Shown: piece after piece, positions 27,301-41,034 of the stretch
How positions within the stretch are numbered: position 1 is the stretch's first letter
Layout of the letters: the number at the start of each line of letters is the position of its first letter
Assembly (NCBI RefSeq): GCF_006345805.1
Contig: NC_043025.1
Location: forward strand, 2,976,001-3,040,000
Direction of reading: 5' to 3'
DNA: 64,000 nucleotides
Source of the DNA: Octopus sinensis
Lineage: Eukaryota
Position numbers and translations under genes: made by a program
Notes under the pieces: generated by a model
Database searches by the model: none
What the model was told of the DNA's origin: nothing
What the model saw: only the letters and a program-made list of their open reading frames with translations

Positions 27301-30300
27301 ATTTCTGATTTCAGGGACACCATCTGGAATGCCACCTCCTAGATTGCATTTGAAACCTGACACCATAATCATGCTCCTGAGGAATATTTCAATTCAAAAT
27401 GGTCTCTATAACGGAACAAGACTGGAAGTGGAGGCCCTCCATCAAATCTCGATTGAAGCCTCAATAATAAGTGGCACATTGATCGGGAGACGTATTCTCA
27501 TTCACAGGATACGGCTGGCACTGAGACACCTATTCCCGTTCGCTTGACATTTGCAATAACTATCAGTAAATCACGTGGGCAGACATTTGATAAACTGGAG
27601 CTATTCTTGCCTGAACCTGCGTAGTAATGGTCAGCTATATGTTGTTTCCCAAGATCTCACAAACATTATCTGATATTAAAGTTAAAGTTATCAACACTGA
27701 CAAACAAGGGAAAAGAAGAGGGAGAAGTTACGCGAACAACACAATCTGTAACGAAGTATTGGATTGAAAGGTGTACGCAAATTGTAATATATATAAGCTC
27801 TGATGCACCGCCTTTCTTATGAACTACCAACGATGTGGCTTTCAGACGATGCCATGTTGCATTAAATTTTCAACCCTATGTTTTACCTATAAAATCTATT
27901 CTTACTATAAAATTTTTGTTTTCTTGATATGAATTTGTGGCCATGTAAATTTTAAAATGTAATTTTTTTCTCTCTATGGGGTATATAGAAAAAATATTAA
28001 ATATTTATTTTATGATTGCTTTGTATTAAGTCTATAAAATCGTACGTGAAGTATATAAAATACATATATAAAGTGCATTAAGTAATCATCGTATTTCAGT
28101 TTCCTTCAATTTTCATTGGATAACAGATGAGAAACATTCTTTTCATACACACACAACACAGTCTACGCTTTCAGATATTTTGGATAAATTTTTCAGGAGT
28201 CACCGAAAAGTTTTATAATTAATTCCGTGGAATATTCATGGATCCCGCTACTGAAGTAATAAATGTTGAGTATTAAGAATCAGATGAAGTGAGAAAAGAG
28301 GACTATGAGAGAGAAGGGTGAGACGATGATGACAATCAATATTATGATCGTGATGATGATGACGAAGATGATGATGATGATGATGACAGCGATAATGTTG
28401 ATCATAAATACGATGTTGAATATTGATGAGATGAGGATGAATATGACTAGAAAGCGGATGAGAATGATGATATTGATATTATCACTGAATATTCTAACAA
28501 TTCAGATGAAAAAGAAGAGGTGGAGAACGATGGGATGAGGATGAAAAGAAGAAATCCTGCAGATTACTCAATAGTTCAACGGAGGTATTTTCTTTTTCGT
28601 TGATCTTTAGCTTCATGTTAACATCCACTGGGCAGCTGATTTCCACAAGTGTACACAGTTTCTCTCCTCAATCCCAAATCACCATGTCAGGTCTATTGTG
28701 CTTACATTTCATTGAGATTTCCACTGGGACATTCCGGCAACACTCCATTTTATTGGTAGTGGATTTAGCTTGTACCATATTGTGGTATTTTATTTCTTTA
28801 TCTTTGGAATTAATCTTCCGACGGATTTCATTATACAGTGTCCTAGCTACATCATGTCACATCGTTAGATAAAATCATGATGACATTTTCGGACAACTGC
28901 TTTTAATATGGGTGATATCTTCAGTGTTACCGCCACGTAATCTGCATCGGCTGTCACGCTTTACTGTTTTGCCAGCATCTTTGTCCCTTTTGTGCATCAG
29001 GTATTTGGTTGATATTTCCTGTACCTGGATTGCAAACGGATACCCTTCAAAGTAGGAGATAGTAATCCGGTTGTTGGACCATGTATTTATGTATGTACGT
29101 ATGAACCTAACATTTATCTCTTCCCTGTCCTAGCCAGTAGACGCGTCCATACTGGAGTATCACATTAAAGAGTATTACTCGAACAAATCGAACTCATTAC
29201 TTATTTTTATAAAGTTTGCTACTTATTCTATCAGTCCCTTTTGCTGAAGCGTTAATTTGCAGAGACGCAAAGAGACCACCACCTTTGAGCTTGTGTTTGA
29301 CCCCTACCATCCCTTGACAATATATATGTATATATATCTAATACATCAAATCCGTTCTGTCTGTTTGTGCGCTTATAACTCGAGTATCTTTCATCCGATC
29401 GCACTGTAATTTTAAACTTGAAAACTCAACCTTTGCTGGGCATTATTAGCAGGGAAGATCTTTCTTGGCGAAAGTAGATCCTTTGCATAGCTAGTACGGT
29501 ATCTTAAAGTCCAATCCTTCTCTTTGCAGCCAAAACTTCGGACCATTTACATTGCTCATGTGAAGCACACAATGAAGAAATCTTTCTACATCTGGAACGG
29601 TGATACACATCCGGGATTGCATCGAAAGAAGGGTGACGTGGCTAAATTTTACTCTATCCCTAATAGACATAATCTAACAGCTATCTCGCAGACAGGATAT
29701 CTCTTCTCTTTGATTTAACACTGTCACTGTCATGCTACAGATTCTTGTAGGAGTTGGCTGAGCTCTTGACCCCACCAAGCAGGTACTACCGACTCACTCG
29801 TCTATTCCTTTGCTCCTCGATCATAAACTTCAATTCGTTTTCAGTATTAACCTTTGTGCTAAACACTTCAACCCCTTCATCATTCCTGTAAATGTTGGCC
29901 TGTAGCAGCTTAAACGGAACGTTCATGGTATCTATCTCAGATTTCATTCAATTCGCACTTAAATTATGAAAGATGAAAATATCTAACTTATTAAACGGAA
30001 CATTGACTTTGCTATTCCACATCTTCAGATTTACGAGGTTTAAAGAATAGCATTAACAAAACATTGCTATTTGCTTTACATTAGGATTTCTCAAATGGTT
30101 AAAATGTTCCAAATTTGTTGACAAATGGGACTGATCGAATGAATCGATCCACTTTAGTATTTGAATATTTGATTAAAACTTGAAGGGATTAATGCTGTGA
30201 TGCAAGCCATTTAATTGGAAATAATCGCCTAGAACATAAATTAGTCCTTATGATATTCATGAGCATCTAATAATAATTCTGCTTATTCCTCCGTCAGTAG

Positions 30301-30620
30301 GAATAAGCAGAATTGTTTTTAGATAATAATAGCGCATCTGTAACACTTTTACAAGATGAATTGAAGGGAAATGCGAAGAGCGAGAGAAAAGATGGAGTAG
30401 AGGGAAAAAGCGGGTAAGGGGAAGAGCGAGAGAAAAACAGGCAGAGAGAGAAGGAGGGAGAGAAAAAGAGGGTAAGAGAAGCGTCTATGACGTGTGGTAG
30501 GGGGAACGTAATAGTTATTACGTGGTTAAAAATGTTAGTTGAACGTAGTGATATAGAGGAGAGTGAGAAACAGAATTGTAGCAGAGGATCGATGTTCTGA
30601 TGGTGAGATTAAAGAAAGGC

Positions 30621-30663
<43 letters not shown>

Positions 30664-31408
30664 GATGATGATGATGATGAATGTGTTGGTGGTGTTAGTG
30701 GTGGTGGTGGAGGTTGCGTTGGTGAGTGTATGTGAAGAGTGTAATGTTTTTAATTGATATATTTTTTTAATACCACCTATTACTTAAAGCATGCGCATAA
30801 GTGCAATCGTCTGCTCGCTTGAAAAATGTTATTTGTTTATAAACCATAGATGAGAGACGATGTAATCGAACAACAGAAAGAATGAAACCAAATGGGCAAT
30901 GGCGCCAAGAGAAGCAGAGGGTCTTATCCAGAAGGACTGATTGTGTTTTAAAACGACAATTATGTAGAATATACAATTTATAAAGGAGCGCTAATTTTTA
31001 TGTCTCCACATAAACTTACAACCATCTAAAAACTTTCGCATTTGCCGCGGAATTTCTACGGGTGCTGCTAGTGTATTAAAGAATTACTCTGTTTATGCTG
31101 CTCCATCTCTCCAGACGTGAAATCTTTTAAAAACATTTAAAAATTACATAAGTTTTCAGGTGAATCGAGACATATTCATCAGCAGAAACTTCACCTGAAC
31201 TTGCATAATTCTTCAGGACTAATAATTGATATGTGTTTATTGTTTGTGATAGCGTAAATTTCACTTATGACATTCTATTACAAATAAAAGTTTCATAAGT
31301 TTCGCATTCTTCATTTACGTATTTTAAGAATTCGACAGTTTGAGCGCATCTCTTTATTATCTGCACTTTAAACCGTTTGTATAACTTTTAATTGCATAAA
31401 TAATTATT

Positions 31409-31488
<80 letters not shown>

Positions 31489-31673
31489 ATATATATATTT
31501 ATAGGCGTAGGAATGGCTGTGTGGTAAGTAGCTTGCTACGAACCACATGGTTCCAGGTTCAGTCCCACTGTGTGGCATCATAGGCAAGTGTCTTCTGCTA
31601 TAGCCTCTGGCCGACCAAAGACTTGTGAGTAGATTTGGTAGACGGAAACTGAAAGAAGCCCGTCGTATATAAG

Positions 31674-31706
<33 letters not shown>

Positions 31707-33179
31707 ATGTATGTATGTATGTATGTATGTATGTATGTATGTATGTATGTATGTATGTATGTATGTGTGTGTGTATATGTTTGTGTGCCTGTGTTTGTCT
31801 CCCCAACATCGCTTGACAACCGATACTGGTGTCTGTACGTCCACGTAACTTGGCGGTTCGGCAAAAGAAACCGATAGAATAAGTACTAGGCTTACAAAGA
31901 GTAAGTCCTGGGGTCGATGTGCTCGATGTTTCTTTATTTCTCTCCTCTTAATGTCACCCTCTTTATAAAGTCGATCAGCAAAATCTGAAGAAAAGTGTTA
32001 AGGTTATATCATAAAACAGAATCCATGTGACCATTTACATGAAAATATTCCATTGACACTTAAATCTCAGTACATTATATGAATAACAGATGTTTCATAC
32101 GTCGAAGTGCTTAATTTTGCACACGGTTAAAATTTTCTTCAAAATCAGTTCATTATTTTATTGTGAATGATTTGAGGATTTTTGCCTCGCACTAGTTTAA
32201 TTTTAATTCTTCTACATGTCTCCGATATTAAACTTTACCTAAAAGTCAAAGTTCATGAAAATCGGATGAATTCTGTGAAAGTTACTGTATAAAATATTAA
32301 TCCTATGGGTGATTGCATGCAAAAAGCCTATTGATTTCCTAAAATCCTCCGCTCACACGCAGATATCGATTATTTGTCAACTCTTCATGCTGGCATCAAC
32401 TAATACACATGAACTATAATCACGTATAAAATTTCTACAAAATCGATAAGAATATGTCTAAGAAAATGCTTATTTGCATTTATGTCTATTTCAAGCCATT
32501 TTGAATTAAATAGATACCTTTACCGTCTCCCCCACCAAACATTTACCTATATCTCAAATTTCATTAAAATCGGATAAAAAATATGAAATTTACGGCCAAA
32601 AATAAAGCCCCTACGGTATTTGCACGCTAAACACCTATTGATTTTAGAAAACCCCTGCTCTGGGGCTATTAGGGATTTTTTTCAACGTCATATACTGAGA
32701 TCAACTTACTGCCGTCAGCCTCGCTCACTCATCGATTTTCATTAGAATCGGACAAAAAATGCAAAAGCTGCAGAAAAATAACATCAGTATAGGAAAAAGC
32801 GAGGACATGGAACAAACTATTTAAGATGTCGCCATTGTTCTCAAATTACGTTTCACTTTTCGTTTGAAAAGAAAGAAAGTATTGATTATAATGGTGGTCG
32901 CTGAATTCCCAAATTTTTCATTTAAAACTTTTTTAAATGCGTCGTTCAAAAGCATTGGCCAAAATCGGTACCGATTGGGATAGGGGATGTGAATAAAATC
33001 AACACACATTAAAACAATTTTTAAAGAGCTTCCTGCCATCATCTGCAACGTTGAGGTGAAAAAAAAATGGAAAATCCTCTCCATAACGTAGAAAAGGTAG
33101 CTTATGTGGGAATGCTGTACCAAAAGTCTACCAAAATATTCTGTTGTGGGATTCGCTCGGAAACGAATATTCATCTAGA

Positions 33180-33247
<68 letters not shown>

Positions 33248-36200
33248 GCGCGCGCGCACATGTGTTTGTGTGTGTTCGATAAGTAGGAAATAGCGTAGAT
33301 ACAATCCAGGCTACATAAGCCTCATAGCTAAGAGATCCACGAAAGTAGCATATTATCCTAACATGGGGTATACCACAACCTACTCTTCAGTCAAAGGATA
33401 TCTTGATTATGTGAAGTTTACATTCTCGTTAGAATCCCCGTGTAAACTCGTTGGGAATTTGATCAAAATGCAAAGAAAGGACAGTTCGGGAGGAAAACAG
33501 TTGAGCAGAAGGAAAATGCAAATAAAATACAAGAAATCCTATGTATAAGAATGAGAACGTTTGTTACTGATTAAGGAGTGTACGAAGACAAGGTTTGATA
33601 AGGAAATTGGCTGGCGAGTTGCTTTATGCAGGTATTCCGTAGTCCTTCACGGGTCTGTTGTAGGATATATAAGCAAACATATTGTAGCATTATATATAGC
33701 CATTTAAAACAGAATTAAAGGATGAAAATATAGGTGTAGTATTTGAAATGGATAGAGTGGTGTTTGAAGGAGAGGAAGGCGGAAGATAGTATATTTACAT
33801 TGCAAAATAGTAGACCACGGTTTGCTCGTCGAGTTGGTAGAACTAATTTTGCTTTAAAATCTAAGGACAGCGAGTGAAGTGGGAGATAGTAGTAGTAGTA
33901 GCTTTCATCTGAGATTATTATGTGAGTGCGTATTAGTGCGCTAGCGCATATATGGTGTGCGTCTGTAGAATCTAGTAGCTGTGTACGCGTGCTTGGGTCC
34001 TTGTATATTATCATATACTGAGGGATGTGTGTAGAGAGAGAATAGTTAAGAAAATGTATGACGTATAAACGATAAGGAAAACAGGTTAGGAATTAAAAAA
34101 TAAAACAAGAAAATGTTTAGGAAATGTAAAGGTAGATAAAAAGTTGTTTACTGCATAGATATATGGGCTCTCAGAACTGGAACCAGTTTTCGAAGCAAAG
34201 CGTGCAGCTCTGATGCAATACCAGAGTGATTCTTCTACAAAGTCACTCGAAAAACTCAGAAAGGCAAGAAATATAACCCAACTGACAGCAAGATGCTGTG
34301 CAAATAGATATTGGCATAAAATCTGTCAGAGTATCCAGTCAGCTGATGACAGTGGCGACACCCGTGGGATGTATGGCGGTTTGAAGAAGGCCCTCGGTCC
34401 ATCCGCAACCAAGTCAGCCCCTCTGAAATCAACTACTGGGGATCTCATCAAGGACCAAAGCAAGCAAATGGATACATGGGTGGAGAACTACCAGGATCTC
34501 TACTCACGGAAGACCACGGTAGCTGAGGCTGCAATCGAGATTGTCAAGATCTTGCCAGTCATATGCGAACTTGACAGTCCGCCATATATAGCAGAGCTAT
34601 AGACGCCCTAGAAAGGGTATTGACTTCTTAGCAAGTAACAAGTCTCCGGGAAAAGATGGCATCCCCTCAGAGATCATCAAGGCCGGCAAAAACACTATTC
34701 TGCTTCGGCTACCTTCATGAGCTTCTGTGTCAGCGCTGGGAAGTGGGTACAGTCTCTCGGGATATGCGGGATGCTAACATCATTACGCTTTACAAAAACA
34801 AAGGTGACCGTGGTTTATGTAACAATTACCGTGGAATATCTCATCTAAGCACTGTTGGAAAGTCCTTTGCTCGCGTTATCCTGTCCAGCCTACAACTGCT
34901 TGCTTCTCGAATTTATCCGAAATCGCAGTGTGGCTTTAGAAGAAGCAGATCAACTATTGACATGATATTCTCCATACGCCAACTTCAGGAGAAGTCCAAA
35001 GAGCAGAAAATGCCATTATATATGGGCTTCATTGGTCTGACAGAAGCTTTTGACTTGGTAAATAGAAAAGGCCTCTTCATCCTGCTCCAAAAATCGGATG
35101 TCCACCAAAGCCGCTGAGGATCATCAAATCTTTCCATGATGATATGCAAGGCACCATACAATGGATCAATATCAGCCGCCTCCCAAATAAAAAACGGGGT
35201 AAAGCAAGGTTGTGTCCTTGCTCCTACATTATTTGGCATCTTCTTCTCGCTGCTGCTCTCACATGCCATTCAGGCATCAGATGATGGAGTGTTTCTACAG
35301 AGTAGAAGTGACGGGAAACTGTTCAATCTCTCGCGCCTTCGTGGCAAGACCAAAATCAGAAACGTCCTGATGATGCCGCTCTGGTATCACACACAGAATC
35401 CCTACAAAGGCTCATCAACTGTTTTGAGCAAGCATGTAATGACTTTGGCTTAGTTATCAACCTCAAGAAGACCAACATCATGGGTCAGGCTACACCGGAC
35501 ATCCCAAACATACATATTGGAGACCACAGATTACACGAGGTGGAGAAGTTTACCTATCTTGACTCTAGCGTCACCTACAACTTACCCCTTGATGCTGAGC
35601 TCAATATACGCATTGGCAATGCGCTGTGATGGCCCAACGGGCATGGGACAACAATAAGCTGACCAAGAACACAAAAATGAAGATTTGCCAGGCATGTGTA
35701 CTTAGCACTCTACTGTATGGATATGAGACCTGGACGCCATCCAAACGCCAAGAGCGTCGCCTAAATATCTTTCACCTGCGCTGCCTCCAGAAAATCCTTC
35801 GTATCAAATGGCAGAATCATGTCCCCAACAAAGATGCCCTCAACCAAGTAGGAATACCAAGCATGTTTGCACTCCTCACAAGTATGAGAGGGCTTGGACA
35901 TGTTAGCCGTTTGAAGATGGCAGAATTCCCAAGGACATACTCTACTGACAGCTTGCTAGGGGCACTAGGTCTGCGGGAAGACTATTCTTACGATACAAGG
36001 ATGTTTGCCAAAGGGACATGAAGGCCTAAACATCAATTTTAGCAACTGGGAAGCAGTTGCCAGCAACCGTGGAGATTGGCGACGTACCGTAAAAGAGGGA
36101 ACACAAAGGAGTGATAGAGAGAGGAGAAATGGAAAGACAAGAAAAGACGTCAAAAAGAAACTATGACATTACAACCAGCCAGGAAAAGTCTTCGCTACTT

Positions 36201-36443
36201 TAGCGGCACCTGCCAGAGGGAGTGTTTGTCCAGGATAGGACTACACAGCCACAGCAGAAGATGTATTAGGATATGAAATGTAAAAGCCGGACTAGACTAT
36301 TTTATGCGCAACTCCATTGTCTCTCGAGACAAAAAGGATGCCAACAACAATTATAATTATCAGTTTAACAAATAAATAAGTTAACATTTTTAACGTCTTA
36401 AAGTTGATGAACCAACTATTATTCTCCTCAATTTTCTTATTTG

Positions 36444-36492
<49 letters not shown>

Positions 36493-38974
36493 CACATATA
36501 TATATGTGTGTATATATGAGGAGGCAAAACTATTGTACCTAAATTTGAAAAACTTGTAATTGGTTTTAAATAACCTTATTTACATACATACCAAACAACT
36601 TTCAACAATATTTTGGGTTTATCAATGGTAAAAATTTAAAATAATGAACGAGAAAAAACATGTTTCAATGTTTACAAGTTTCAGTAATATGAAATATGAT
36701 TTAAATATTCATAACGTTCAATAATATAAAAGATGTGGAACATCTTGTTTAAAAGCATAAAATTCAAAAGATCGATAAGATATGTGCTATTGTATGGCGA
36801 TTTGGATTTGCTATTTCGAAACCCGCGTTGAAGACTGTTACTATATATATTTTTGAATTATGTCTGTTGTATCTCGGGTTTTTATTGTGGAAAAATTGTT
36901 TCTTTTTCCTTTTTCTGTTTAGTGTTTAAACAGAGGTGAATAAGCGAGAATGAATTAAACGATATTCCTTATTCCATAACACTACCATTGTATATTGTTC
37001 AGATGATGTAATTAATATATAGCGCATGGTTCAGTGGTTAGAGCGTGGAGCTTACAATCGTGATGTTGTGAGTTCGAATCCCGGACCGGGCTGCGTGTTG
37101 TGTTCTTGAGCAAGACACGTTATTTCGCATTGCTCCAGTTCACTCGGCTGTAGAAATGAGTTGCAACATCACTGGTGCCAAGCTGTATCAGCCCCTTTGC
37201 CTTTCCCTTAGATAGAGAGGGGAGGCCGATATGCATGGGCGACTGCTGGTCTTCCATAAACAACCTTGCCCGGACTTGTGCCTGGGAGGGTAACTTTCCA
37301 GGTTGAATCCCACGGTCAGTCATGACCGACGGGGGTCTCAGCTCAATCCTTACCATCTATCGTAGGTGTAAAATATGTTTTTAGGTGAGTATTTCAATAA
37401 GTTCTACGTTAGATCATACTATCATTTCACAGACACATGTTCCACCTTTGAAGAATGGCAGAGATCACACAAGATATTAACCATATCATCTCATCAATGG
37501 ACTACGGGTGTGATGTATAGACTCAATTGCAGGGATATGGAATAAAGAATGTCGTTGAAACCATTCGCTTATTCCTCATCATGTATGTATGTATGTATGT
37601 ATGCATGAATGATATGTATGTATGTATATATGTATGTATGTATGTATGTATGTTTGTATGTATGTATGTGTGTATGTATGTATGTATGTATGTATGTATG
37701 TATGTATGTGCGTATGTATGTATGTGTGTATGTATGTATGAATGTATGTGTGTATATATGTATGTATGTATGTTTGCATGTATGTATGCATGCATGCGTG
37801 TATATATGCATGTATGTATATTTGCATGTATGTATATATGTATGTATATTTGCATGTATGTATGTATGTATGTATGTATGTATGCATGTATGTATGTATG
37901 TTTGCATGTATGTATCTATGTACCAATCTGTCCTCTTTTACTTGTTTCAGTAAGTTGACTGCTTTGCAGCAGGAGAATCACCCTGAATCGAGCCCACTAA
38001 CTCTTCTGTTAAACCCTGGTACTTACCCTGTCGGCCGCTTATGCGAAATCGCTAACTGACGAGGAATTAAACGCACTAACATAGGTTGTGAAGAAGTAGT
38101 GAGTACAAACATAGAGACTAAGTCACACACACATTCGCACACATAAGTATATTATATAAGTATATATTCTCGGTAATATGTATTGGGCTCTTTTTCAGGG
38201 AGGACGTTCGGGGAAAGTTTTTCACGACAACAATGCGACTATCACCTCACTCGTAAGTTTCTTGCCAAAACAACATGCTATCGCTTCTGCACCTACCCTA
38301 TTTGCCAGATTTACCACCTGCTGACTTGCATCTGTTCCTCAAAATGAAAAATCAGCGCAGAGGTCGAGATCAAGAGCGAATTTAACACTGTCGTCGAGAT
38401 CAAGAAGTCCTCGAGTCGTCTATGGAAAACTAAGTCCAGGCCGTATTCCAAAAGTGTCAGAACGGCTGGGGCAGTTGTATTATTGCTCAGGTAATATAAG
38501 TTACTTTTATTAAACATTACTCGTTCAGGAACTTTATATATACGACGGGTTTCCTTCAGTTACCCAATTAACCAACATAAACGGGTTTGTTCGGCTGGAG
38601 ACCAAAGTACACGCATAAGGACTGAATACAGAAGCAAAATTCTTATCACACAGCTATGCCAACGCCTAAGCTTATGCACACACACACCCACACCCCCACA
38701 CACACACAAACACACACACACACACGCAGGTACCCACACACACATACACACACCACACATACACATATGACGGAAATGGAAAATGGATTTTACGAGATTC
38801 GTTAATCATTACTGCCGGTTCAACCCGTCTTCAATCGGCCCCTCACGAATGAGATAATGGTCGAGTGGCCGCGGTGCATCATTCTTTGCAGATGTTTCTC
38901 ATCAGTTGACATTTGAAAATGTACTCTGCTCAATTAGCTCAGTTTCACTTGGTTCGGTTATAATGTATTTCGTT

Positions 38975-39044
<70 letters not shown>

Positions 39045-39140
39045 TATAATTATAATAATAATAATAATAATAATTATAATAATAATAATATTAATTATAA
39101 TAATTATAATAATAATAATTATAATAATAATAATATTAAT

Positions 39141-39218
<78 letters not shown>

Positions 39219-40963
39219 TACGAAGTAGAAGAAGAAGAAGAAGAACAAGAAGAAGAAGAACAAGAACAACAACAACAACAGTAACAGCGAAGAAGTTTCC
39301 TCGGAAAATTTCGTAAATAAAGTAATATCAAAAAACTTAAGCAACATACAATCTCTGTAAACTTGGAAGATTTTGAAAGGATCCTTGTGGGATGGTTGTG
39401 ATATTATTCCTACTGAGGTCTCTGAAACATAAAACACAGTTCAAAAGAAAGAGTATTAAAAAGATTTCTTATAAAATATTAAATCTCGTATCTTTAGAAT
39501 AAAAAGAGAACGATGAAGGAGAAAATGGCGGAGATGATGTTGATGTTGATGATGATGAGGAGGATTGCGATGTTGATCGTAAATGTTGTAATAATGATAG
39601 TGAAAAGGAAAATGATGATGATTATTATCGAAAACGATGACAAACAGCAACAGGGGGAAGAGATACAGAGACGGCGGAAGGCGATTGGCTTACATTTAAA
39701 AACAGTTTATAACAATGACGACATCAAATACAATGTGATACATAGCAGAGATACATTAAAGAAAATAACATGCAAGAAAACAACAAAATCAAAGCATTTG
39801 AACAGTTCACGTCGAATCAAATCAAATAATGTTCACGATACAACACAGTCCGGAGACAACAGTCCAAATCAGTTCAATGTTCTACATTAAAGTCTTTCTC
39901 TTTCTTTCTCTCTTTCTTTTCAACAACTCTTTTCACAATGTCTTTACAATCTCATTTCTTTTACATTTCACATCAGTTTACAATGTTCCTTATAATCTCA
40001 ATTCTTTTCTTCCTCTTTTCCTTCTTCCTTTTTTTTCACATCAATTCTTTTTTAGTTCAACATTTCTTTTCTTTTCTTTAACACATCAAAGTCAACAACA
40101 AAAACAAACATAAACATTACCGAATGTTTTCGAGTCTGCAACTCCTTCCACAATAGCCAATGCCTTCTATGCCGTAACCTCCCTTTCGCTCTCATGTTCC
40201 CAATACTATCTATCTCTATTTCTTAACGATGTATTTGCCTCTCGCCATCGCCACCTTCTTGGCTGACCGTCCGTATCACTACTGTCTTTGGCCAAAACTT
40301 CCCCGTTGCCAACTGCCGACTGACTAACAAGCTAACACCGCGTAGCATTTTAAAGGGTGGTTTCTTAAACTTTCCCTGACCGGAACAGGGTCGAAGGTCT
40401 CTTCCAAAGTCGTTACTCTTTCCAGAAAATGGCAGAACAAAGGTTTTACCAGTCTGCTTGATGCCAAATCACAAAACCAGGACTCGAGCACTCTGTTTCC
40501 GAATGACCTCCATATCAATGTGATTAGCAGGACTATGAATATGATAGCGCGGAAGATGATACTGATGATGATGATGATGATGATGAAGATGATACTAATG
40601 ATGATGATGATGACGATTATTACGATGATGATGATGAAAGATGTGATGAAAAATTAGAAATTGATAAGAATAACGAGAAAGGTGAAGGAAAATAAATCAT
40701 AGAACGGATAAATATAGAGAAGTAGAAAAAGAAGAAGCGAAAATGATTCATGAAGAGAGGAGAAAGCAGTTGATTAAAAGCAGAAGAACCAGAATATGAT
40801 GAACATGGTGAATGTAGAGAAAAATTGTGATGAAGATAAATGCAGGAAAACAAGATATATTAAGACAAGAAAAATACGTGGAATATCAGAATGGGGAAAC
40901 AAGTGGGAACAAAAGAATATAAATACAAATACTGTAGTCACACATCAAGACAAACACAAAACA

Positions 40964-41034
<71 letters not shown>

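Noticed and set aside
37021-37095. tRNA gene
   Set aside because: It has A/B boxes but no closing acceptor stem, and runs directly into a SINE core.
40130-40510. Possible LINE RT fragment (LSLFLND, FLAD)
   Set aside because: The motifs are too short and degenerate to support a call.
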